Source of the DNA: a bacterium
Lineage (GTDB): Bacteria > Patescibacteriota > Andersenbacteria > UBA10190
Length of the DNA stretch: 64,000 bases
Reading direction: 5' to 3'
Assembly (NCBI GenBank): GCA_043811915.1
Contig: JBDRMS010000001.1
Span: 14,499 to 78,498, forward strand
A program made the translations under genes and the position numbers. The notes below the pieces were generated by a model. It had not been told where the DNA came from, made no database searches, and saw only the letters and a list, made by a program, of their open reading frames with translations. Positions 9,605 to 18,248 of this stretch are shown here, one piece after another; position 1 is the stretch's first letter; every line of letters starts with the position of its first letter.

Positions 9605-9778
9605 TCACTTCTTTTATTTTTTGCCTTTTTCGGCGTGCGCCTGGTGCTGGCGACACTTTTTGCAAAACTTTTTTAATTCCAATTTATGGCCGTCCTGGCG
9701 CCTTAAGTTGCGGCTGGTGTGGTAGTTGAACGACTTGCATTTGGTGCACTGAAGGCGAATCAAAGTATCTTGGCTCAT
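9605..9778 (-). CDS. rpmG: 50S ribosomal protein L33 (Zn-binding form; absent from the ORF track)
   Basis: MSQDTLIRLQCTKCKSFNYHTSRN...KLELKKFCKKCRQHQAHAE. Confidence 0.95.
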
Positions 9779-9820
9779 ATGGCTGTGAATATACGTTACG
9801 GGAGCGTTTTTGTCCAGAAA

Positions 9821-11287
9821 TTAATATTCTTCCTTGAGAATCCACTGTTCCAGTTTTTCTTCCCATTCATAGAGGCGCAGGGGTTTGGGTTCGGCCAGTC
9901 CCCCACCCTGGGTTTTTACCCATTCACCGGAAACTTCTTCAAAGTAAGCAGCGACAGACCACTCGGGATGAATGGCGTCTTTGACGGTAAGCAAGAGGCG
10001 CTTGCTAGTGCCGGTGCCGTCGCGATAGTCAACATACACAGTATTGGGTTTATCAGTGATGGTGAGACGTTTTTGTTGAACATTGGTTTGATGAACTATG
10101 TCGGATAATTTTTTCTCAATAAAGGCGGCTAACTGGTCATCGTCCAGTACTTGCATAAGGCCGGCGACACTGCCTGACTGATCGGCCTCCGCTTCAACAT
10201 GCACCAGGTGAGTCCGTTGACCAAAATCTGACACCTCATAATTCAGGTCAGCTATGTTGCCTCGTTCGATATTGAGAGCGAAGAGGCGGGTAGAGGTTTG
10301 TCTTAATTGGCTGGCAAAGATAGCAAAATTGTTTTGGTTATCGGTGTGGATTGATAAAAGCTTACCGGAATGTCGGGCGATTTGTTGCTGGGTTGATCCG
10401 TCAAACAGCCAAAAGGTAAAGTCCTGGCTTCCTTGAGTGACAAAAAGCAACTTGTTGTCATCCAGCCATTGCAAGTACGGCAAGCCGCCACGGACGACGA
10501 GGGTGAGGGGCGGCCGATCCTGGGAAGTGATAACCAGTTTGCTGCGGCCAAGAAAAGTGGGTTCGGTCAGGGCTAGTGATTGGCCGGTTAGGCTGATGTC
10601 CATAACGCCATGGTCGGCGATATCTTTTAATTTATCCCAGTCAAGCTCGCTGAAACGAAGAGCAATACCGGGAGGCTGGGTTGATATAACATTTAGTTTT
10701 CTATCATCGCCGACAAACCAAAGATGGCTGGATGCTTTATTCCAGCGAATCCTGGTGGCGATGCCGTTTTGAACCAGTTTTTCGGCCAACAGTTTTGTGC
10801 CACTCTGTTCGGCATCATAAACCCAAAGTTCAGTCAGTCGTTCCTCGGGCTGGTCAATATTATCCAACCAATAGGCAACCTTATTGTTATCGGGGCTGAT
10901 GATGAGATCCCGGAAAGCAATGAGCGGCGTCTTGTCTGCGATAACCTGGGACTGCCCGCTATTTATCCAGGTGCGATATAGGCTATCCTCGATGTAGTGA
11001 TACCAGGATTGACCATCGGTGACGGCGTTAGTCTTGTCGGAGGGAGGCGGAGTCAGGTTTTGACAATGTTGCTGATGACAGGAAACGAGACGGCGATCCG
11101 TGGCTTGCGTCTGAAGTAATACCACGTCAAAAGCCGGGGTAGCTTGTTGTGCAATGGGTTGGATTGTTGTTTCCGGTTGATTGTCAGGATTATTGGATTT
11201 AATACGGCGAGCAACAACAAAAAGTCCGGCAACTAATGTAACGAGAAGAACGCCCAAGAAAAGCGAGCGGCCGAGGCTGGAATTCAT
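9821..11287 (-). CDS. Membrane-anchored hypothetical protein, probable TolB-like beta-propeller
   Basis: N-terminal TM, ISPDNNKVAY-type repeats; the ORF-track extension overlaps tRNA-Thr. Confidence 0.7.
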   Translation of the reverse strand: MNSSLGRSLFLGVLLVTLVAGLFVVARRIKSNNPDNQPETTIQPIAQQATPAFDVVLLQTQATDRRLVSCHQQHCQNLTPPPSDKTNAVTDGQSWYHYIEDSLYRTWINSGQSQVIADKTPLIAFRDLIISPDNNKVAYWLDNIDQPEERLTELWVYDAEQSGTKLLAEKLVQNGIATRIRWNKASSHLWFVGDDRKLNVISTQPPGIALRFSELDWDKLKDIADHGVMDISLTGQSLALTEPTFLGRSKLVITSQDRPPLTLVVRGGLPYLQWLDDNKLLFVTQGSQDFTFWLFDGSTQQQIARHSGKLLSIHTDNQNNFAIFASQLRQTSTRLFALNIERGNIADLNYEVSDFGQRTHLVHVEAEADQSGSVAGLMQVLDDDQLAAFIEKKLSDIVHQTNVQQKRLTITDKPNTVYVDYRDGTGTSKRLLLTVKDAIHPEWSVAAYFEEVSGEWVKTQGGGLAEPKPLRLYEWEEKLEQWILKEEY

Positions 11288-11308
11288 ACTTTCATTATAC
11301 ATTTGAGC

Positions 11309-11383
11309 TGGAGCCGACGGGGAGGATTGAACTCCCGACCTAATCCTTACCATGGATTCGCTCTGCCACTGAGCTACGTCGGC
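11309..11383 (-). tRNA. tRNA-Thr (GGT)
   Basis: GCCGACG acceptor stem, AATCC-ATGGTAA-GGATT, encoded CCA. Confidence 0.93.
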
Positions 11384-11399
11384 TGGCAATGGTGATAAA

Positions 11400-12539
11400 T
11401 TAACTTTTTGTTAGGAGATTGTCGAGCTCGGATTTTTTAGCAGCGACGTCTGGTTGAGCAAAATGGTCGCGAGCGGGCTTGAGAAGTTGGATTAATTCTT
11501 TGGCTGCGGCGGATTTGAGATCCATGGGATGGATGTCGCCGGCGGCGTAGGCCTGTTCAAGTTCCTGATATGAAGTAAATTCTGCTCCCCCGCCGTGTTC
11601 GGGCTTGCGCTCGATACAGAATGGCTTTTGCCTGTCCCAGAAAAGAATATGGCCTATCCAGTTGAGGATGGGATTAAATTTAATTTCTTTTTCCGGACAG
11701 AAAGCCTTGTTGATTTTGTGTTGAATTTCTTCTTTGGAATCGTGAACCCAAATAGCGGAATTGGGTTTCGACTTGCTCATTTTCATTTCCATAATGGCAT
11801 CACGCTGGTCTGTTCCTTCTGGAACGGGCCAGGTGACTGGCTTTTGCAAGCCTGTAAGGAGAGGATGATGTAGAGCTATTGGCTTGTCCTTATTGGTTAT
11901 TTTGTCACCAAAGAAAGTCTGTATGTTATCAGAGACATCTCTCATTATTACATGGGCCTTTCTTTGATCCATACCAGCATGCACAATATCAATATTTTGG
12001 TAAAAAATATCAGCTACCTGCATGGCAGGGTAGGATAATTTTGCCAAATCAATCTTTTCATCTTCTTTACGTCCCATGATTGTGATACTGCGTTTCATTC
12101 GTCCTAAGGTGACATTTTGACTTATTTTTACTACTAGGTCGCGATAGTACAACGTGTCTTTAGCATACCAGTCAGTGGCCAGGCGAAATTCCACCTGGTT
12201 AGGGTCAAGGCCAACGCATAGCATACTAGCCCTCATCGCCTCGGTAAAATAGCCTTTGCCTATTCTGGCGGCAGTTTCCCTTGTGCCATCAAGTTTATCG
12301 TTTATGGCCGTGTGCCAGTCGGCCAGCCAGACGGTACATTTGACGCCAAGATCAGTTAAGTCCTTCATCACCAGGGCGCTCATAATCCCCTGCCCCAGAT
12401 GAACATAACCGGAGATTTCGAAGCCGATGTAATGAGTTAGGATATCACTGGATGCAAGGCGCTGGCGAAATTCATCTTCGGTGATTATTTCGGCGCTATT
12501 TTTGACAAGGCGCTCAATAATTTTTTCCCGATCGGACAT
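11400..12539 (-). CDS. tyrS: Tyrosyl-tRNA synthetase, archaeal/eukaryotic type
   Basis: YIGFEISGYVHLG, ADWH, YPAMQVADI, AGMDQRKAH, KMSKS, IHPMDLK; no bacterial S4 C-terminal domain. Confidence 0.92.
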   Translation of the reverse strand: MSDREKIIERLVKNSAEIITEDEFRQRLASSDILTHYIGFEISGYVHLGQGIMSALVMKDLTDLGVKCTVWLADWHTAINDKLDGTRETAARIGKGYFTEAMRASMLCVGLDPNQVEFRLATDWYAKDTLYYRDLVVKISQNVTLGRMKRSITIMGRKEDEKIDLAKLSYPAMQVADIFYQNIDIVHAGMDQRKAHVIMRDVSDNIQTFFGDKITNKDKPIALHHPLLTGLQKPVTWPVPEGTDQRDAIMEMKMSKSKPNSAIWVHDSKEEIQHKINKAFCPEKEIKFNPILNWIGHILFWDRQKPFCIERKPEHGGGAEFTSYQELEQAYAAGDIHPMDLKSAAAKELIQLLKPARDHFAQPDVAAKKSELDNLLTKS

Positions 12540-12569
12540 GTATGTAATATATTGGTTTATGGCAAGAAA

Positions 12570-12593
12570 TAAAAATGCCCACTTGGAGTGGGC
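12570..12593 (-). terminator. Intrinsic terminator
   Basis: GCCCACT-cca-AGTGGGC then a T-run on the minus strand. Confidence 0.7.
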
Positions 12594-12603
12594 GGGAGAA
12601 GTT

Positions 12604-13035
12604 CTATGCGAGATCAAGATCAAACTGTACCTGACCCCAATCCTCTTCTGCGTCCGAGCCACGCACTCCGATGGGTACAACCAGAATTTCCTGGGGTGTG
12701 ACATTGGCAGCTTCAGCGGCGCTTAAGCGTACTAGTCTGTTGTTGTCGCCGATGGAAATGATTTTCCTTCGATAAACGGCTACATAGTGTCCACTCAAAC
12801 GTATAAACTCCTCGCTTTGCTGGGTCAAGTGACTGTGCAGCCAGGAAAGATCATCCTTTTTCCTTTCCTTGATTTGTTCATCTGGCGGTATAATTTCCAG
12901 GGCTGGTATCGAAGCGGCAGATGTCTTTTGCGGAGAGACAGTGATGTTGATCCGCAGACCAGATTCTTCGGCCAGGGCGATGAGAGCGGCACACAGCTTG
13001 ACCACCTTTTCAGTAGAGGATTTCTTTTTAGCCAC
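12604..13035 (-). CDS. Hypothetical protein, possible C-terminal DUF5678-like domain
   Basis: GHYVAVYRRKIISIGDN segment; SD AAGGAG before GTG. Confidence 0.65.
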   Translation of the reverse strand: MAKKKSSTEKVVKLCAALIALAEESGLRINITVSPQKTSAASIPALEIIPPDEQIKERKKDDLSWLHSHLTQQSEEFIRLSGHYVAVYRRKIISIGDNNRLVRLSAAEAANVTPQEILVVPIGVRGSDAEEDWGQVQFDLDLA

Positions 13036-13067
13036 GTCAATCTCCTTGAGTTAGGCAAGTTTGGGTA

Positions 13068-13124
13068 TGGTAAATGAACAGTGAAACTGGAAGCGATACT
13101 AGCGTAGAAACCTGTTTTTGTCTA
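13068..13124 (-). promoter_or_regulatory. Sigma70-like promoter followed by a boxA-like motif
   Basis: TAGACA-17 nt-TAGTAT, then CACTGTTCATTTACCA. Confidence 0.5.
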
Positions 13125-13181
13125 GTCGTTGCTTTTTCGGTATGCTTGTTGTATGGTGCTTTTTTGATAGACCATTGATAA

Positions 13182-13253
13182 GCCAGCTTAGCTCAGTGGC
13201 AGAGCAGGACTTTTGTAAAGTTCAGGCCGTCGGTTCGAATCCGACAGCTGGCT
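13182..13253 (+). tRNA. tRNA-Thr (TGT)
   Basis: GCCAGCT/AGCTGGC acceptor; GGACT-TTTGTAA-AGTTC; GGTTCGAATCC. Confidence 0.95.
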
Positions 13254-13278
13254 CTGGAAGCAAATATATCCAGCGGTG

Positions 13279-13308
13279 GCCCCACGTCGCTAAAGCTATG
13301 CGGGGCAA
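13279..13308 (+). repeat. REP-like palindromic repeat
   Basis: GCCCCACGTCGCTAAAGCTATGCGGGGCAA, related to copies at 24972, 50448 and 58559. Confidence 0.75.
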
Positions 13309-13373
13309 TTGCATTGGATTGATCTGAAGGCTAGTTTGTTCTTTCGTAGTTAAGATGCTAATCATTGTTTTTA

Positions 13374-13446
13374 CCAGCGGTGGCAGAACGGCTTATGCAA
13401 CGGTCTGTAAAACCGTACCAAGTAGGTTCAACTCCTACCCGCTGGA
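13374..13446 (+). tRNA. tRNA-Tyr (GTA), archaeal-like (C1:G72, A73, short variable loop)
   Basis: CCAGCGG/CCGCTGG+A; ACGGT-CTGTAAA-ACCGT; 5-nt variable region. Confidence 0.93.
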
Positions 13447-14943
13447 CCTAGATATTATTGCAGCTTCTACTTTTTCGCGTTTGGCTGAAACAGACGTAAA
13501 TATTTGCATGAGGAGGGAAATTTGGTGGTTCGACAAAGACTTGCCATCATATTCTATACCCGCAGGATAGAGAAAGTGTTCGAACCGCACCTTTTTACTT
13601 ACGTCTTTTAAATCTTCCCAACTTCTAAGAGGATTTTTTAGAGCTTCAAATGCGATTGTCACTATTTGCTCGAAGTCGTCTTGCTCTGACTGATGTTCGG
13701 ATTGTAATAACTCTAAAGCTTTAATCTTGCCTTTCAACTCTTTTACTTGAGCTATAAAGTCTTCATCAGTATACAAGTGCGGGTTTCGGCGTTTCTCTGT
13801 AAGTAAGTTAGCTTTTTCCTGCTGCAGATTGTCCAGCTCTCGACTCACGACCTTTTGGTCTTTACGATAGTCTTTCAGCCTCTCTTGCCAGCGCTCCAAT
13901 AGAATTTCTTTCATAATCGGGAACATGGATAGTTTTGGCTTAAGCTCTTTTAGCTTTCCTTTGAAGTCTGTTTCCATGTTGTCCTTCTTTGTGTTTTTAG
14001 CTAAAGGACATTTCGACGGATAACGATGGTGATAGTAGGGATGTCTTTCTCCGTTGCGGCTACGGGGGGAGGAAGCGGTTAGACGTTCACCGCAGAGTGA
14101 GCAATGGATTAAGCCGCGCAAAGGAAATAAGGGGTTAATAATGCTCCGGGTTGGCGAACTGTGAGCATTCTGCTCATTAATTGCCTGGCACCTATACCAT
14201 AAATCTTTGTTTACCAGTGGCTTGTGGTTGCCCCATATTTCCATGCCATAGGACTTCATTAAGCCCATGTAAAAAGAATTTTTGATGACGTGGTGGACAT
14301 TTTGCTCTCTGAGCTTACGTCCTTGTCTACTACGGTAGCCTCGACTGTTCATCCCATTAGCAATACGTTTGAAAGTCCAGCCATCAGCTCGTTTCTCAAA
14401 AGCCCATTTGATTATCGGAGACATCTCATTCAGAACCGCCCGGCTTCGCTTGTCTCTGCCCCGTACCATGTCATAGCCAGGTGGCGGGGTAGATACCCAA
14501 TATCCCTCACTGAATCGTGCCACCAGCCCATTACGGCACCGCTCACCGCGAATTAAGTTGTCGTATTCGGCAAACGCTCCTAACATGTTTCGCTGTAATT
14601 TACCGGCCGGAGTATCGTCCACATTCTCTGTGGCGGAACGCAGGCCAACTCCCGCCTCCTGAAGCGTCCTGATAGCGAAAAGCTGGTTCTCAAGGTTGCG
14701 GGATAGTCGGTCCACCTTGTAGACAACAATAGCCTTTATCTTGCTGTCCCCGACATATTCTAGGAGCTTTTGAAACTCCGGACGGTTTAGTGTCTTGGCT
14801 GACACCCCTTCCTCTCGAAACACTTTGGCTACGGTAAACCCTTCACGCCCAGCGTATTCCCGGCACTGTTTCTCTTGGGTGTCTAAGGATGTTCCATCTA
14901 CTTGTGACTGATCTGATACCCGGACATAAATAACACATTTCAT
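13435..14943 (-). CDS. Large serine recombinase (integrase)
   Basis: IYVRVS, EEGVSA, RPEFQKLL, VYKVDRLSR; recombinase domain, Zn ribbon, coiled coil; stop codon lies inside tRNA-Tyr. Confidence 0.95.
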   Translation of the reverse strand: MKCVIYVRVSDQSQVDGTSLDTQEKQCREYAGREGFTVAKVFREEGVSAKTLNRPEFQKLLEYVGDSKIKAIVVYKVDRLSRNLENQLFAIRTLQEAGVGLRSATENVDDTPAGKLQRNMLGAFAEYDNLIRGERCRNGLVARFSEGYWVSTPPPGYDMVRGRDKRSRAVLNEMSPIIKWAFEKRADGWTFKRIANGMNSRGYRSRQGRKLREQNVHHVIKNSFYMGLMKSYGMEIWGNHKPLVNKDLWYRCQAINEQNAHSSPTRSIINPLFPLRGLIHCSLCGERLTASSPRSRNGERHPYYHHRYPSKCPLAKNTKKDNMETDFKGKLKELKPKLSMFPIMKEILLERWQERLKDYRKDQKVVSRELDNLQQEKANLLTEKRRNPHLYTDEDFIAQVKELKGKIKALELLQSEHQSEQDDFEQIVTIAFEALKNPLRSWEDLKDVSKKVRFEHFLYPAGIEYDGKSLSNHQISLLMQIFTSVSAKREKVEAAIISRSSG

Positions 14944-14965
14944 ATTTTTATTATACTTTAATTTA

Positions 14966-16369
14966 CTAATGCGTCCTCACGTTCATCTTTTCCTCAGTTT
15001 GGCCAGTTTGGCCAGTTTTGAGGTCATGAACTGGTGTAACTGAGGAAACTGAGTCTTGGCTAAGTGTGTTATCTACCCCATATTGGACCGACAAACGCTT
15101 CACTTGTTTTGCATTCCAGGGAATAGCCGCAGAGCCATCTGATGTTTTCCAGTGAGCTGTAGCTTTTTCTCTAAGCCCTAGTGCAGTCAACATTGAGCCT
15201 ATTCTCTTGGGCGAATAGTGGTATTTTTCAGGGGTGCCATCGTTCATCTCCTCTGTAATTCTTTTCAACGATAACACACCATCAAATACTTCATTTTCTA
15301 GATGCAATAAAACTGCGACCAGTTTACCGGCTAGTGTTTCGGATCGGCGATACACTGCATCTTTCTCTAATGAGGAAATATATTCTAATGCCTTGACGTG
15401 TGACTCAGGCTTCATGGAAATGATTATTTGCATAAGAGGTCGCATAATATCACCTAATCGACGTTTAGTGGGTTTAGGTATATCTGGTAGTGGTGTATCC
15501 ATATTGGCTGCACGATAAGCTACTAGTCGCTCACGCATTGGTAGTCCATGCTCAGGTCGCACGTCGTCTTCAAATTCCCGCTCTGTATCCTGCATAATCA
15601 CAGTGACACATCTAGTGTCTAACACTTCATCAAGTTCTGTATTAGTAGCAATGACCGTCGGTCCAAATACTTGATAATACTTTGTGTCTTTAAAATCCCC
15701 ACGCTCAGGATTTAATACTCTCGGAACCTTGCCGCCTTTCTCAAAACGGTTCAAAAATAAATCAGTACAACCATTTTTTTCTACCACATCCAGGAATTTA
15801 CTTATATCAAAGAACAAACTTGCACTACATAGCTCAGCCATACGGAATATAAATGGCTCCCGGATGCTGACAATGTGCACTCCCCGATAAGCAGCGTAAA
15901 TCATGCCTTTGCCAGTTCTTGATTTTCCTCGCTCAGGCACAGCATAAAAAGCCATCTCTGGAGAATATTCAAATTCTTCTTGCCTATATGTGTGAATTGT
16001 CCATGCGGCAATTAGCAGATAAAGTGAATCAGGCAAGTCAGAAATATTGCGATGATACTCAACTACATCATCAAAAAGCTGCTCGTTAGTTTTTACTCCC
16101 AACTCTAGAAATTTACTGTATTCCTTTAGGACCTCCTCGTAGCGGGGTAGTTTCCATGGTAACTGGTCTATAGAAGGCGGATAGTGAATATTGTCACCAG
16201 CCCGATGGCTTTTTCTAACAATCAAATCCTGACCACTCTTAAGTAGGTAGTGTGGTTGATTTTTGTACTCGACAATATCTACTAGACCAGGAAGTACAGC
16301 CTTATATGACTTTTTATTTTGGCTAGAATGTTCTTTATCAACTAGCACTGCCTCTATGTCTTTATCCAT
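14966..16369 (-). CDS. Mobile-element replication protein with P-loop (DUF3631/primase-helicase-like)
   Basis: AAWTIHTY..SP...PERGKSRT Walker A-like motif; VFGPTVIA, LDTRC; winged-helix-like C-terminus. Confidence 0.65.
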   Translation of the reverse strand: MDKDIEAVLVDKEHSSQNKKSYKAVLPGLVDIVEYKNQPHYLLKSGQDLIVRKSHRAGDNIHYPPSIDQLPWKLPRYEEVLKEYSKFLELGVKTNEQLFDDVVEYHRNISDLPDSLYLLIAAWTIHTYRQEEFEYSPEMAFYAVPERGKSRTGKGMIYAAYRGVHIVSIREPFIFRMAELCSASLFFDISKFLDVVEKNGCTDLFLNRFEKGGKVPRVLNPERGDFKDTKYYQVFGPTVIATNTELDEVLDTRCVTVIMQDTEREFEDDVRPEHGLPMRERLVAYRAANMDTPLPDIPKPTKRRLGDIMRPLMQIIISMKPESHVKALEYISSLEKDAVYRRSETLAGKLVAVLLHLENEVFDGVLSLKRITEEMNDGTPEKYHYSPKRIGSMLTALGLREKATAHWKTSDGSAAIPWNAKQVKRLSVQYGVDNTLSQDSVSSVTPVHDLKTGQTGQTEEKMNVRTH

Positions 16370-16835
16370 ATATTTCCTCCAATTTTCTTATTAGTCTTTT
16401 GCACCTATAGCGCTTGTATTTCTCAGCTTCCAACATCCGCTCATATAAGCCCCTACCAAAGCCGGATAAGTGCTTTGACTTAGTTAGAATTTTTTGAGTA
16501 TTGCTTGACCACTTCTTTGATAGCCAGTAGTCATTTGCAATGTGTTTTTGGGCTGCCTGAATCAGTGCCCTAGGCATTGCGTCAGGAGCTGGCCAACAGA
16601 CACGGGCTTTGTAGTCTTTGGTAATTCCTACAGTGATATCCGGGTGTATTTGCATAGCGATTGACACAGCACTCCAGTTGTTAGTTTTCTCGCAGCGTTT
16701 CTCAATAAGACCGGTTATGTACCTACACATACAACGATAATTGTCTTGTTTGTGTTTGGTTGCCCTGGTATTATTGTTTGTATAAGAGTGATTCCTAGTC
16801 GGGGTCACTTTTTTTGTTATTGAACTATTGCTCAT
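16362..16835 (-). CDS. Hypothetical protein of the element
   Basis: 157 aa ORF overlapping both neighbours in an operon. Confidence 0.6.
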   Translation of the reverse strand: MSNSSITKKVTPTRNHSYTNNNTRATKHKQDNYRCMCRYITGLIEKRCEKTNNWSAVSIAMQIHPDITVGITKDYKARVCWPAPDAMPRALIQAAQKHIANDYWLSKKWSSNTQKILTKSKHLSGFGRGLYERMLEAEKYKRYRCKRLIRKLEEIYG

Positions 16836-16984
16836 GTGGTGTTTTCTCTCTTTCTTTCCAAGTAGATATCAATTACCAAATCAGCCAACTCATAGCACTG
16901 ACTAAGTAGGCTCGACAAGTCTTGGTCACTTATTTGTTGCTCCTCGCTGGGAAGCATAGCCCGGGCTTTTTCCAGAGTTATCAT
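16832..16984 (-). CDS. Small 50-aa helical protein (absent from the ORF track)
   Basis: MITLEKARAMLPSEEQQISDQDLSSLLSQCYELADLVIDIYLERKRENTT; ATGA overlaps at both ends. Confidence 0.75.
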   Translation of the reverse strand: MITLEKARAMLPSEEQQISDQDLSSLLSQCYELADLVIDIYLERKRENTT

Positions 16985-17235
16985 AGACCCCGCTCTCTCA
17001 AACGGCTAAAAACTATGTCCTTGCATGTCCTTATGGCATCGCTGAAGTCCTTCGCGTTTACAATTGCTCTGCGAGTGTAGTAATCATTAGCAAGTGCCTT
17101 GCATGGGATGGCTTGGAATATAAAAACCACATCATGCCCATCCTTTTCAGTACCAAGAAAAGACTCGCTGTGCTTGGAATACAAAAAACTAGACTCGTAG
17201 AGATCCCTAGTTTTGTGGGTAGTAGTAATTTCCAT
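16981..17235 (-). CDS. DUF5659-like small protein
   Basis: TRDLYESSFL...VVFIF...YY....VNAKDF.DAIR..KD pattern. Confidence 0.65.
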   Translation of the reverse strand: MEITTTHKTRDLYESSFLYSKHSESFLGTEKDGHDVVFIFQAIPCKALANDYYTRRAIVNAKDFSDAIRTCKDIVFSRLRERGL

Positions 17236-17313
17236 ACCAAAAGTATCCTTAAGTTAAGGATTGCTTGATTATGCCTAGCTGTGAACGACACTAACTGATT
17301 TTACTTAGTGTTC

Positions 17314-17967
17314 CTATGACCGTTTGTGTTTTTTACGTGTACGATTGCGAATTTTTGAAACAATATCTGGATCGCACGCTTCTTGTGGGAATTCTTCTCT
17401 GGCAACTCGTGCAATTTCCTCATTAGTCACTTCTGGGTTCTCTCGGTCTATTTTTAATATATATGCGTTACGTTTAGCTCGAGGACTCTTCCTTGTCTTT
17501 TTCCAGTGCTTTGGTGGCATGAATCGTTGCCAGCCCATTATCAGCTTAAGATGTACTGAAATACAGTCTTTAATCTCATTACTTGAGGCGTCAGCTGCGA
17601 CTTGGATTTGGATCGGGAAGTTTTCGAGGTGAGATTTTAAACGATAATCATCGTCTTTCATATGTTGCGCGGCGATTTCATTTGCATATTCCATATAAGG
17701 AAATTCAACAATACACGCATCAAATATTGAATAATCCTTAACGTGACCATCCTGTATGAATTGAATTACTGGGCCATTAATCGGTAGTCCGTGCTCTTTA
17801 GCAAGTTCATAGATAATCTTCTCAATCTTATTGGTTATGCCCTTTTGTTCGATTATGAGTTTTTTAATGCCATTGACCCTGTCTATAAAGTCTGGATCGT
17901 TCATTAATTCCTCAAAATAGAGGCGTAGGTGTTCTTTCCTTTTTGATTCTCGAAAAACTGATTCCAT
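17314..17967 (-). CDS. Hypothetical protein with possible C-terminal HTH (element regulator?)
   Basis: RNAYILKI..ENPEVTNEEIARV....DPDIVSKIRNR. Confidence 0.6.
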   Translation of the reverse strand: MESVFRESKRKEHLRLYFEELMNDPDFIDRVNGIKKLIIEQKGITNKIEKIIYELAKEHGLPINGPVIQFIQDGHVKDYSIFDACIVEFPYMEYANEIAAQHMKDDDYRLKSHLENFPIQIQVAADASSNEIKDCISVHLKLIMGWQRFMPPKHWKKTRKSPRAKRNAYILKIDRENPEVTNEEIARVAREEFPQEACDPDIVSKIRNRTRKKHKRS

Positions 17968-18030
17968 AATCTCAATCTCAATAATCTTTACTTTACTATC
18001 ACCCCCTATTCGGGTGGTATGCAAATAAAT

Positions 18031-18059
18031 TGGACAAATTAGCTTTAATGGGGTACAAC
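18031..18059 (+). promoter_or_regulatory. Sigma70-like promoter
   Basis: TGGACA-17 nt-TACAAC immediately upstream of the structured RNA. Confidence 0.5.
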
Positions 18060-18067
18060 GTAGGCAT

Positions 18068-18206
18068 AATTCACTAGCCTAAACTACGCCTTGGCGCAGC
18101 ATGGCATTAAATCCTCAAGGATACTGAACCCATCGTTCAGCACTTCCTTGAGGTCATATAGGGAAACCTATGTGGGTAATCGAAAGATTATCGCTGGCGG
18201 TGGGCT
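18068..18206 (+). ncRNA. Putative structured RNA (multi-way junction, two GAAA tetraloops), family unassigned
   Basis: Stems CCTCAAGGA/TCCTTGAGG, CATATAGG-GAAA-CCTATGTG, GGTAATC-GAAA-GATTATC; GCCTAAA...CATGGC receptor-like helix. Confidence 0.65.
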
Positions 18207-18248
18207 TTGTGTTTGCTGGCAGCCCGTAACTACCTTAATGCTCTAACT

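Noticed and set aside
11288-11389. N-terminal extension of the 522-aa ORF
   Set aside because: It overlaps tRNA-Thr; the likely start is 11287
13118-13570. ORFs 13118-13327 and 13355-13570
   Set aside because: They are read-throughs of tRNA genes
18068-18206. Group I intron or canonical c-di-GMP-I riboswitch
   Set aside because: Too short, with no recognisable P7 core or interrupted gene; helix order and the GGCAAACC/GACGCAAA motifs do not match the riboswitch
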